Source: an uncultured Gammaproteobacteria bacterium (lineage in GTDB: Bacteria > Patescibacteriota > Patescibacteriia > UBA1558 > GWA2-36-10). Taken from it: 64,000 bases of DNA. Made by a program: the position numbers and the translations under genes. Positions 34,101-42,727 of the stretch are shown here, piece by piece (the stretch's first letter is position 1; the number at the start of each line of letters is the position of its first letter). Below the pieces are notes generated by a model, which saw only the letters and a list, made by a program, of their open reading frames with translations, made no database searches and was not told the DNA's origin. The stretch is from positions 63,209-127,208 of the forward strand of contig CAZWIT010000002.1 of NCBI GenBank assembly GCA_964633905.1, given 5' to 3'.

Positions 34101-37100
34101 CTGCTAATTTCTATTTAGGTAATTCTCGAGATTTTTATTCAGCACCAACTGCGAATAATTGTAATTTATGCGGTGGTAATTATAATTGGACTTGGCAATT
34201 GACTAATCCACCTAATCCAGATGCCGCTAATGTGACCGATCCATCAAATATTGGCACTAATATTGGTCATACTCGTTTGACCTCTGATTTACCAATAAAT
34301 TATGCAACTGAATTTTTATCTCCTAATTATGTAAATTTGCAATGTAATGTTAATCAGGCAATTGCGCCTAGTTTTTCACAGCCAGTAGTTTTGGCTCCAA
34401 TCTTATTGGTAGAAAATTATGGCCCACTTTGTTCAGCTTCTTGTGACAATGGCACAGTTTGGATAGATTTTAATACACAAATTGCTGCGACCTATTTAAA
34501 TAATACTTATTTTTCAATTCAAGATTGTAATAATGACGCTAGTTGTGCTAGCCCATTGGCTACAAATTTAGTAAATAATATAGCCTTACCACAAGATAGT
34601 AATTTTAGAATAACTTTGCCTCACGCTGCTTTTACTCATAATCATTATTATCGTGTTCAAGCTTTGGATACAATTAGAAATATTCACGGTTATCAATTAG
34701 ATGATACTAAGACTTGGGTTTTTGGTGTAGGCGATGCATCTTGTGAAGTGGCTAGCGTTAATTTAAATCCTAGCAATGCTACTGTGGCAATTAGTAATCA
34801 AATTGCCTATGGTGCTCAGGCTTATTCTGATCCTAATGCTTGTTATATCCATGGTCAGCCAATTGATTGTTTGGCTGCTAATAATTGTACTTGGTTATGG
34901 GCTTCTTCTAATAATACTATTGCTACTATTGAAAATAATAATAGTAGTGTGAGTAATGCTACTGGTGTGGCTGTGGGCACTACTAATATTTCAGCCAATG
35001 CTCGCCAGGCCGGCGTTGATCATATTGATAGTGGTATTTTGACAGTAGTGGAATCAATTACAACTCCAGTTGATCCGCACTTACCACCACGGGTAGAAAA
35101 TATTAGGCCACTTGATGGTGAGACTAACATTTGTCCTAATGCCGCTATTACTATGGATTTTACTGAGTTAATGGATCCAGCTAGTGTGATGGCTCATGTA
35201 AAATTGTATGCTCAGCCTGATAATTATGATGTTAATGGTGACGGTGTTGCTGATTTACAAGACGTTGCTTTAATTTCAGGGAATATTAATTTATGGGATT
35301 TGGTAGATGTTAATTATGGCGTTACGCATTTTGACAGTAATAGTGATAATATTCCAGATAAGACAACGGTAATTTTATATCCTACAAGTTTATTACGTAT
35401 TGTTAATAAAATTAATCATGTAGTGGTACAAGGCAATGTTACTAGTATTTATAATATTGCCTTAGATAGTGGACAATATAATTTTGAGGGCCAGATTCCT
35501 GATATGCCTGGTAATGATAGCTATTCTTGGCATTTTACAACGGGAGCTGACTTATGTCGTATTAGTTATATACAGACTATCCCAACTAGCGATTGGTTTT
35601 TGTGTGCCGGGGATAATTGTGGCATTACTGACGTTGAACCAGCCACGCCCGGTCATCAACATAGCTATACGGCTATTGCTAGAGATGTGCGTGGCATCGC
35701 TTTAGCAGGCTCTATTAGTTATGATTGGTCATTAAATAATGATGGTATTAATTTATTATTAAATAATGATGGTTCGCCAGCTGCTGGGGCTACACCTAAT
35801 GTTCATTTTAAAGTTGCTAATGAAAATGGACGGGAAACTTTAATTGTTAATGCTCAAGGTAGCGATGTTGGTTCGGCTAGCGCTAATATTGGTATTGATG
35901 TATTTTTATGTGAAGTACCTTGGCCTGGTCCTGGTTTGAATTTATTTCCTTGGCAGGATGATGCTTATAATTTTTCTACTTACTATTGTCCTGATGTTGA
36001 TCAAAATGACGGTATTGCTTCTTTGCCAATTTTAAATAATAATCCGATTGAAAATCCTAATCATCCAGCTAGTGTATTACGCGAGTATATTTTTTCAGTA
36101 CCAGCTCCAGTCAGCATGGATTCAGGTAATAATTTTGGTAGTTTATCTACTAGTAAATATAATCAAACAGATAGTTGGTGGTCGCATTTATTTAAAAAAG
36201 TATCTAAGCCTTGGCAGGCATTAGTAGCCAGAGGTCAGGGTATTGGCACAGACATTATTGCCTTGAGAATCATGTCCAATCTTAATCATTTATCGGTAGA
36301 GGATTGGTATGAATTAAATGCTCCTAACCCAGACATTGGGGGCACTTCTTTGGAGGTTGATGGTTATCCAGCTTTGCAAGTAGGAAATACAGTTTATATT
36401 TCAGCCTTTAATTTAGATGATGCGGGCAATGTTCGTTATACTAATATTTATATTTTAGCTTATAATATTGGCGCTAGACCAACAACAGTAGAGATTTTTA
36501 GTCAGCTACTTGATAATTTTAGATTAAATACTAATGTTGATCAGCAAAATAATATTTGCGTCGGCGGTGTAGATGCAGGCAATGTTTGTAGTAGTGATTT
36601 TGATTGTGCTGACCATAATTGTCAGTCTCAAGGCTTAAAATTACGTCGTGATTTAGTGCGTTTGGGAGACATGTTAAATATTAATAGTAAATTAATTGAG
36701 TATGGTGAAACTCACAAGGCCTGTAGTAATAATAGTTTAACAGCTTGTGTTAATAATTCTCAGTGTCCAAATGGTGGTACTTGTATTAATTATTATCCAC
36801 TGCTTAATGCTGGTACTTTTGTGCGCGGCCAATCTAATAGTTCTTGGCCTTCTTGGCAACAGACTTTGGCTACTGGTTTAAGTGGCTCTTTGCCATTGGA
36901 TCCTATTAATTTATTTAATGCTTGCGGTGATCCAGGTTTTGATCCAAATACTTGTTGGAACGAAGAAGCTTTAGAATTTTCTTGTCCAATTGGCTCTTTG
37001 ATTTATCATTATCAAAGAAGTGAAACTGGCGATGGTTATGATTTGTCGGCTAATTTTGAAAGTATTAGTAATTTTGCTACCTTATTAGATCCTATGGATA

Positions 37101-40100
37101 GTAATATTAATACTGAACTTTTATATTGTAACGCCGCTAGTGCTAACTTAATCAACCCTCGTTGTGGTAATGGTAGAATAGATTGGGTTTGTTCAAATAG
37201 AAATTATAATAATCAAACTGATTGTGAGGCTAATAGCGGAACGTGGTATGAAGAGGAATGTGACGGTGGTTATCAAGATAATCAATGTAATCCAATTTTA
37301 AGTGCTACTTATGGAGTACATACCTGGTGGAACGAACAAAGAACAGGTTGTTATCCAGCTGGTAGTATTGTAGGAGGTAATTCCGTAGAATGTACTTGGT
37401 ATGAGCCTGATGTAGCAACCATGTTTGCTCTATGCGGAGGCTATTGTGGTAATAATGCTTTAGAAAGTAATTATGAAGATTGTGAAAATATAAATGGCAA
37501 TACTAATTTTGGCGGAGTGAATTATAGTTGTGCCAATGGCATAGCGCCTACTTGTAGTCCAACTAGCTGTCAAGCTGTTTGTGGTCCTATGCAAACTCCA
37601 GCTGCAGCTTGCGGTGATGGCATTTGGACTGAATTAGTAGAAGAATGCGATGCTAGTGCTCCTAATAATGCAAATGGTTTATCGGAGTTAGATTGTACAG
37701 AAAATGGTAATGTTAGTTGTAATAACAATTGTGAAGCAGTATGTGATACGGGCGTAGCTTATGACGGTCAGTGTGGCGACGGTAATCTTAATAGTGATAT
37801 CAATCCAGTAAGTGGCGATCCTTATGAAGAATGTGATTATGGTGCTTATGCGGTGCCAAGTCCAGCTCAATCATCGCTTACTAACCCTTATACTTGTTTA
37901 CAAAATTGTACTTTTGGTTCAGATTATTGTAATGATACAATTAAACAAGGTGGTTTTGACGAGATTTGTGATACCACTTTAGCTATTAGTCCGACACCAC
38001 CAAATTCTTCTCGTTATAGTCAATATCAGTGCCGTACAGTAAATGACGCAGCTGATCCTTTGTGGACAAAATGTACACCTACAGCCGGCGGTTATTGTGG
38101 TGATGGCACTATTCAAAATGGACAAAATGGAACTTTCGCAGCTGGTGAAATTTGTGATTCTGCTTATCATCCAACTCCAGCAGAAAGCGGCCCAGAAAAT
38201 ACTTACTCTTGTAGTTATACTTGTATGACTAGGACCGGCGGTTATTGTGGCGACACTATTATACAGGATGGTAATAATGGCACTACTGATTATGGTGAAA
38301 CTTGTGATTATGCTGCTTATGCTCCGCCACTACCAGTAGATGCTGATGATATTAATCATCAATATGTTTGTAGTGATGTTTGTTTAGCTGATAGTGGTGG
38401 CTGGTGTGGTGATTCTATTTTGCAGCCTCAATTTGGCGAAGATTGTGATTATGGTAACCCATCAACTCACACTATTCCAGATCCTTGGAATAGTAATTCC
38501 AGTAATCCCTACACTTGTCCTAGTTGTTCCGTTGGTTCATATTGTGGTGATGGTGTTATTGATGTTGCCTATGGCGAGCAATGTGACGCTGGCATGACAC
38601 CACCAGCACGTAAAGTTGAATTAGCGTTTGTTTATGATATGTCGCGTAGCATGCAAACTGCAGCCGCAGCCTTGTGTGGAGTTTTGGATACTTTCTTAGA
38701 TAATTTTGATCCATCAACTACTTTTAGAGTCAGTATTTTCGTTTTAGGTGATGATGCACCAGGTTCTACTGGTAGTCCGCGCACTTTGACACCTGGTACA
38801 AGCGATGATTTAAGAGCACTGACAGATAATGGCACTTGTAGCACAGATGCTCCAGATACAGTTAGTTGTGAGCATAGAAATGTTTATAATAGCTTAGTGC
38901 GTGGTTGCACTGCGCTTTGGGATAGACATGTAGCAGAAATTGCCACTTATAGTGATAGTACTAATCTTAATAAATTTAGATTTTTAAGTTTTTATGATAA
39001 CAATGCTAGTGATCCAGCCTATAATCACATAACTGGCGGCGTAACAAATTTTACCAGTGCTGATGATCATACTAGCTTAAATGGTTGCAATGATGCAGAA
39101 CCGGGTGGTAGATTAGAGAATTGGGGTTATGCTACTGAAAAAATTATTAACAATTATCAGTGGTTAAGTGGTTATCAACGCATAGTTATACCAGTAAGTG
39201 ATGAGTATGCTTGGTGTGGTGGTGATGTAGCTATACCAACAGCAGCAGCTAATGAGAACAATTGCAATACACCAAATACTTGTTCAGGTACTCCGGCTAC
39301 TGGACAACTTGCTAGTGATGATATTATTTCTAGAATTATAAGTTCGGCTACTAATCCGGCTACAAAAGCTTTTGTTAGCCCAGTAATTTTGGCAGGTGCC
39401 GATAATCAAGCTATAGCTTTGCAAGCAGCCAATGCCACAGGTGGTTATATGAGTACGGCTGCTGATGCTAGTTCTTGGAATACGAATATTAATAATATGG
39501 TTGGTGGCGTTTTCTGTGATAGTCATCCAGCTGATGGTGTTATGGATTGTATGTTGCCTGGTGGAGCTCCACCGGCAGCAGGCTTACCAACTTTGTCATT
39601 GCCATATTATTACATATCAAGTGATAGTAATAGTAGCAATAGGAGCGTAACTATAACTCTTGGTGGTACAGCCACTTGGTGGGATGCAGTTTCAAATGAT
39701 CCAACTTGGATTACCAATGTTAGTAAATCTGGCAACACTCTTTCTTTTAGCATAGCGGCTAATACTGGTTCTGTGACCAGAACTGGCTCAATTAAACTTA
39801 CGGCCGGAGCAGCAACTGGGTCACCAATAACAGTCAATCTTAGCATTGATCAATTAGCGCCAGTGCCAGTGCCAACTTTGTCATTACCATATTATACTTT
39901 AGATAGGGACAGCTCGGCAGTCACTATTAGTGTGCCAGTGACTATTGGCGGTTCAGCTACTTGGTGGCAAGCAATTTCTAATAATACGGCTTGGATTAGT
40001 GGTATAAGTCAAGTAGGTAATACACTTTCTTTTAATATAGCTGCCAATACCGGACCGGATAGGACTGGTACAATTTCAGTTAGAGCTGGCGCGCCCACTG

Positions 40101-41848
40101 GTGTGCCAATAGCAGTGACACTGACTATTAATCAAGCAGCGCCAGTAGTACCTCCTGATACAATGCCGCCAACTCCAATTGGAAATACTTTAGTAGCTAC
40201 TCCAGCCGATGGTCAAATTCGTTTAGATTGGGCAGTAGCCACTGATGATAGAGGCGCAGTTATTTATGAGGTAGAAAGATTAGGGCCTACTACTGGAAAT
40301 TATCTAGCTTATTCTAATACCTTTAATCAAAGCGGTTTAAGTAATGGCGTAAGTTATTCTTATCGAGTCAGAGCACGAGATTTAGCTGGTAATATAACGG
40401 CTTGGACAAATACAGCTTCAGCTACTCCTGTTCCAGCCGCTATTCCGCCAATTGCTCCAGCTAATTTAGAAGCTTTTGCACAAGCAGGGGGTATTTATTT
40501 GACTTGGGGCACGGCAACCGTAGGTGATCCAATATCATATTTTAGACTGGAGCGGTCCACTAATTTTAGTTTTTCAACCGTAGATGTGGTTGCTGACATT
40601 AATTTTGCTAGCTTTACTGGTAGCTATACTGATAGTTTTCCTTTAGCTAATCCGACGGTTACTTATTATTATCGAGTAAAGTCAGTAAATAGTGGTAGTG
40701 GTCTAGAGTCTACTTATGTTGGTCCAGTAAATGCTACTATTCCTGATACAACTGCGCCTAGTGTTCCTACAAATTTAACAAGTACTTATTTGAGTGATAC
40801 ACAGTATCGTTTTAGTTGGACAGTTTCAACAGATAATATTGCTATAGATCATTATGAAGTAGAATATCAGGCTGACGCTTTTGTATCTGATGGCACAGGA
40901 ACAAATATTGGTAATCCAACTACCAACTCAATAGATTTTACATTGGATCCTACGGTTGCAACTTATTCTTTTCGAGTACGAGCCTTTGATGCTGGTGGTA
41001 ATCAATCTGCTTGGTCATCAGCGTTAGTAGCTTTTGCTGTTGATGTCTTGCCACCGACTAATCCTACTAATCTTACAGCTTCTGTTTCATTTGGTAATGT
41101 TAATTTAAATTGGACAGCGGTTAGTGATAATATTGGTGTTAGCGGCTATGATTTATTAAGAGCTACTACTAGTGGTGGGCCTTATACTTTAATTGTTTGT
41201 CCCTCGATGTCTTGTAATGTCACTGGATCAACTGCTAGAAGCAACACTTCTGTAGCGCCGGGGACTTATTATTATGTAGTAAAAGCCTTTGATGCTGCTG
41301 GTAATAGATCGGATATTTCTAATCAAATAGCAGTAACAATTTTGCCACCAGCACCACCTAGTGTACCTACTAATTTTACTGGCATGCCAATAGGCAGATT
41401 AGTAAGTTTAAATTGGACAGCTTCTATTGATGATGTATCAGTGACTAATTATGAGGTTCAATATAAACCTAATTTAACTGGGACCTGGACTCTTGTTGGT
41501 AGTCCAACTACTAATGCTCTGAGCTATTCAGTACCAGCTCTAGTTACCCAACCATATTTTCGTGTTAGAGCTAAAGATAATGATAATAATTATTCAAATT
41601 ATTCAACTGAATTGACCGTTACTATTGATGGTACTGGTTGTACTGAAACATTTTGTAATCAATGGGATGCTATTAATAGTGCTAATAGAACTGCATGTGC
41701 AAATCAGTGTGTAAATAATAGCGGTTGTTGTCAAGCTTGCGTAGATCCATATAATTCTTATGTTGGTTGTCGTTTGAATCCTGATGCGGTTACTAATTCC
41801 TGTTCTAGTAGTCAGGTGTCCATGCCATTAGGTGTGCGTTGTGATTAA
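31178..41848 (+). CDS. giant (3556 aa) mosaic cell-surface protein: VirB2/TrbC-like anchor, IPT/TIG-like Ig repeats, CGDG...ECD Cys-rich repeat array, vWA (MIDAS), 2 BACON-like, 5 FN3, Cys-rich C-terminus; putative adhesin
   Basis: Single uninterrupted ORF; domain signatures read directly from translation (see findings). Confidence 0.9.
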   Translation: MKKISILVIFWLLLGLMFALPAWAQGAFGTNTLTNLAVYSTRSITDTIVGIVNIILGFLGVIAVLLFLYSGWLWLSSRGDAQKIQKSKLIMASTVIGLLIIFASYAITNFIIARIAEETGTIETTPPGYVPPGPGPVTCPLPANDGDIDVCQVYPGAAAPGNYFTITGWNFGNYVAGNSRAVLRDNLGNETALDLVSCDGNPIWNLIYTTPDGDNSFYEIRAIVPDITAAVYDVRVYRNATVFDQETNNSFTVSPPGAVGLNIACLRPSFGAARPTPESVIAEGINFGTSAGTISMKGWVGSSEADITVPSGTWDDTLITFQIPDNALASDVKITHNADINNWDTRYFMVTCGGDDGNCSSGCCSNYNECRPNTNEFCPAGANFSSAPRIDAISPNNGAAGNLVTILGQNFGTVAGTVWFNGASGPIQGVVPSILYPGICPAGNYWYDNYIIIGVPVGTIDGSVYIMTGAAIPEQSNNASFDENGISRPGLCQLNPIGGSFQNETRVNTTGINFASTDKILFSVDPDITGNDYIYTSPNEASAVVPNLQNGQVGVQIKNNADQYSNPLPFQVSDSFFGQPRIVTTSPNGIKSGVYITIFGTNFGNLAGQVLFNDVNNATNPDLVGIVPSNPMCQNAYWQNNQIVVETPNLPDISNGSPYEIVVKRADAVVSEAYDINYNTSLEDGVFLCAVVPDNGPNNFSPVDFYGSGFSDNSVRIQFNGAANTVNPTGFNDTQAWDTTVPGDALSGQVILQSQADNGTWLNSNALNFNIAGCSQNSDCQGSEQCCPGNFGNYCSLSCDQILSCTYTSTLHTQNIPFSINYNYNCDTDWQSPTPWPDGLLSYSSQDNYVDSNISFTFTRNIVDADLEPAAHKIRLYECDNRNTSCDVEINIATNIIGQNSNQEGVLINPLNNLAENTWYKVVLVGDFRAEGGNEYWNTSYDPDLQVVGGWNFRTKSTDLACEISSIQVTPQSAAANFYLGNSRDFYSAPTANNCNLCGGNYNWTWQLTNPPNPDAANVTDPSNIGTNIGHTRLTSDLPINYATEFLSPNYVNLQCNVNQAIAPSFSQPVVLAPILLVENYGPLCSASCDNGTVWIDFNTQIAATYLNNTYFSIQDCNNDASCASPLATNLVNNIALPQDSNFRITLPHAAFTHNHYYRVQALDTIRNIHGYQLDDTKTWVFGVGDASCEVASVNLNPSNATVAISNQIAYGAQAYSDPNACYIHGQPIDCLAANNCTWLWASSNNTIATIENNNSSVSNATGVAVGTTNISANARQAGVDHIDSGILTVVESITTPVDPHLPPRVENIRPLDGETNICPNAAITMDFTELMDPASVMAHVKLYAQPDNYDVNGDGVADLQDVALISGNINLWDLVDVNYGVTHFDSNSDNIPDKTTVILYPTSLLRIVNKINHVVVQGNVTSIYNIALDSGQYNFEGQIPDMPGNDSYSWHFTTGADLCRISYIQTIPTSDWFLCAGDNCGITDVEPATPGHQHSYTAIARDVRGIALAGSISYDWSLNNDGINLLLNNDGSPAAGATPNVHFKVANENGRETLIVNAQGSDVGSASANIGIDVFLCEVPWPGPGLNLFPWQDDAYNFSTYYCPDVDQNDGIASLPILNNNPIENPNHPASVLREYIFSVPAPVSMDSGNNFGSLSTSKYNQTDSWWSHLFKKVSKPWQALVARGQGIGTDIIALRIMSNLNHLSVEDWYELNAPNPDIGGTSLEVDGYPALQVGNTVYISAFNLDDAGNVRYTNIYILAYNIGARPTTVEIFSQLLDNFRLNTNVDQQNNICVGGVDAGNVCSSDFDCADHNCQSQGLKLRRDLVRLGDMLNINSKLIEYGETHKACSNNSLTACVNNSQCPNGGTCINYYPLLNAGTFVRGQSNSSWPSWQQTLATGLSGSLPLDPINLFNACGDPGFDPNTCWNEEALEFSCPIGSLIYHYQRSETGDGYDLSANFESISNFATLLDPMDSNINTELLYCNAASANLINPRCGNGRIDWVCSNRNYNNQTDCEANSGTWYEEECDGGYQDNQCNPILSATYGVHTWWNEQRTGCYPAGSIVGGNSVECTWYEPDVATMFALCGGYCGNNALESNYEDCENINGNTNFGGVNYSCANGIAPTCSPTSCQAVCGPMQTPAAACGDGIWTELVEECDASAPNNANGLSELDCTENGNVSCNNNCEAVCDTGVAYDGQCGDGNLNSDINPVSGDPYEECDYGAYAVPSPAQSSLTNPYTCLQNCTFGSDYCNDTIKQGGFDEICDTTLAISPTPPNSSRYSQYQCRTVNDAADPLWTKCTPTAGGYCGDGTIQNGQNGTFAAGEICDSAYHPTPAESGPENTYSCSYTCMTRTGGYCGDTIIQDGNNGTTDYGETCDYAAYAPPLPVDADDINHQYVCSDVCLADSGGWCGDSILQPQFGEDCDYGNPSTHTIPDPWNSNSSNPYTCPSCSVGSYCGDGVIDVAYGEQCDAGMTPPARKVELAFVYDMSRSMQTAAAALCGVLDTFLDNFDPSTTFRVSIFVLGDDAPGSTGSPRTLTPGTSDDLRALTDNGTCSTDAPDTVSCEHRNVYNSLVRGCTALWDRHVAEIATYSDSTNLNKFRFLSFYDNNASDPAYNHITGGVTNFTSADDHTSLNGCNDAEPGGRLENWGYATEKIINNYQWLSGYQRIVIPVSDEYAWCGGDVAIPTAAANENNCNTPNTCSGTPATGQLASDDIISRIISSATNPATKAFVSPVILAGADNQAIALQAANATGGYMSTAADASSWNTNINNMVGGVFCDSHPADGVMDCMLPGGAPPAAGLPTLSLPYYYISSDSNSSNRSVTITLGGTATWWDAVSNDPTWITNVSKSGNTLSFSIAANTGSVTRTGSIKLTAGAATGSPITVNLSIDQLAPVPVPTLSLPYYTLDRDSSAVTISVPVTIGGSATWWQAISNNTAWISGISQVGNTLSFNIAANTGPDRTGTISVRAGAPTGVPIAVTLTINQAAPVVPPDTMPPTPIGNTLVATPADGQIRLDWAVATDDRGAVIYEVERLGPTTGNYLAYSNTFNQSGLSNGVSYSYRVRARDLAGNITAWTNTASATPVPAAIPPIAPANLEAFAQAGGIYLTWGTATVGDPISYFRLERSTNFSFSTVDVVADINFASFTGSYTDSFPLANPTVTYYYRVKSVNSGSGLESTYVGPVNATIPDTTAPSVPTNLTSTYLSDTQYRFSWTVSTDNIAIDHYEVEYQADAFVSDGTGTNIGNPTTNSIDFTLDPTVATYSFRVRAFDAGGNQSAWSSALVAFAVDVLPPTNPTNLTASVSFGNVNLNWTAVSDNIGVSGYDLLRATTSGGPYTLIVCPSMSCNVTGSTARSNTSVAPGTYYYVVKAFDAAGNRSDISNQIAVTILPPAPPSVPTNFTGMPIGRLVSLNWTASIDDVSVTNYEVQYKPNLTGTWTLVGSPTTNALSYSVPALVTQPYFRVRAKDNDNNYSNYSTELTVTIDGTGCTETFCNQWDAINSANRTACANQCVNNSGCCQACVDPYNSYVGCRLNPDAVTNSCSSSQVSMPLGVRCD
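37430..38610 (+). repeat. array of at least 10 cysteine-rich repeats (CGDG/CGNG ... G-E-x-CD), Myxococcus-type cysteine-rich repeat-like, inside the giant ORF
   Basis: Repeated YCGDGTIQ...GEICD, YCGDTIIQ...GETCDY, WCGDSILQ...GEDCDYG, YCGDGVID...GEQCDAG and similar. Confidence 0.65.
38615..39250 (+). other. von Willebrand factor A domain with MIDAS motif D-M-S-R-S-M inside the giant ORF
   Basis: VELAFVYDMSRSMQTAAAAL ... FRVSIFVLGDD. Confidence 0.6.
39583..40155 (+). repeat. two tandem ~95-aa BACON-like repeats (coding), sharing a near-identical 24-nt start
   Basis: LPTLSLPYYYISSDS...ATWWDAVSND..NTLSFSIAANTG..RTGSIKL...ITVNLSIDQ and PTLSLPYYTLDRDS...ATWWQAISNN..NTLSFNIAANTG..RTGTISV...IAVTLTINQ. 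Confidence 0.6.
40150..41630 (+). repeat. five tandem fibronectin type III domains (coding)
   Basis: Recurrent P..PTNLT...L.W..S.D..GV..Y.V.R...G.....YYYRV.A.D.AGN.S motifs. Confidence 0.7.
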
Positions 41849-41878
41849 TAATTTATCTAATATAATTTTTAAAAAAAT

Positions 41879-42724
41879 ATGTTTGAAGATTTAAAACAAG
41901 GTAATGGCCCCACTGGGCCGAGTGTAAATTCAATGCCAAATGCACCAAAGGCGCCGGTAGCTGATATGTTTGCGGAAGTTGATCCAAATAATAGTCCAGA
42001 CGGGCTGATTAGGCCTAGCGCGGTTCAATCAGGAAAAATTAAGCCAGTTGGCAATAATAATTGGTCAGCACCAGATGGGTCAGCAAGCAATGTTCAAGTA
42101 GACCAAATGTTAGTTGGTGATAGCCGTGGGCCAGTTAATCGTAAAATTATTGTAATGGTATCAGTAATTATCTTATTGATAGCTTTTGGAGCAGCTGCTT
42201 ATTTTATCTTTAAAGATAGAATTAATGGTGTTATTAGTAAAAATACTAATGTGACCCAAAACACTAATACTAGCAATGCTAACCTTAACAGAAATCAAAA
42301 CACTAATATTGGTAATGCCAATGTAAATACCAATGTCAATTTGAATCAAAACACTAATGTCCAAGTAAATCTAGACGATGATTCGGATGGATTAGATAAT
42401 GAAACAGAAATCAAGCTAGGCACTAATATTAGACTAGTTGATAGTGATAATGATGGTTTATCAGATTGGGATGAAGTTAAATTATATAAAACCGATCCCT
42501 TAAAGAGTGATTCAGATAATGATAAATTAATTGATGGTCAAGAACAATTAGTTTATTTTACTGATCCTTTAGTTGCTGATACTGATAAAGATGGTTATAG
42601 CGATGGCGAAGAAGTGCTCAATGGCTATAATCCCAAAGGCACTGGTAAACTAGAAAGTACCAGCACAATACCTGGCTTAATTCAAAATTTTAATACTAAT
42701 GTTAATAGTAACGTAAGTCAATAA
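41879..42724 (+). CDS. single-pass membrane protein with N/T-rich low-complexity linker and bacterial thrombospondin-type-3-like Ca-binding repeats (DxDxDG..D..E....TDP)
   Basis: DSDNDGLSDWDEVKLYKTDPLKS / DSDNDKLIDGQEQLVYFTDPLVA / DTDKDGYSDGEEVLNGYNP repeats; one TM. Confidence 0.75.
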   Translation: MFEDLKQGNGPTGPSVNSMPNAPKAPVADMFAEVDPNNSPDGLIRPSAVQSGKIKPVGNNNWSAPDGSASNVQVDQMLVGDSRGPVNRKIIVMVSVIILLIAFGAAAYFIFKDRINGVISKNTNVTQNTNTSNANLNRNQNTNIGNANVNTNVNLNQNTNVQVNLDDDSDGLDNETEIKLGTNIRLVDSDNDGLSDWDEVKLYKTDPLKSDSDNDKLIDGQEQLVYFTDPLVADTDKDGYSDGEEVLNGYNPKGTGKLESTSTIPGLIQNFNTNVNSNVSQ

Positions 42725-42727
42725 ATT

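Noticed and set aside
39583-41630. Tandem repeats considered as a possible CRISPR or noncoding repeat array
   Set aside because: The repeats are in-frame coding repeats (BACON-like and FN3) of the giant ORF, with no spacer/repeat periodicity; no CRISPR array exists in the window
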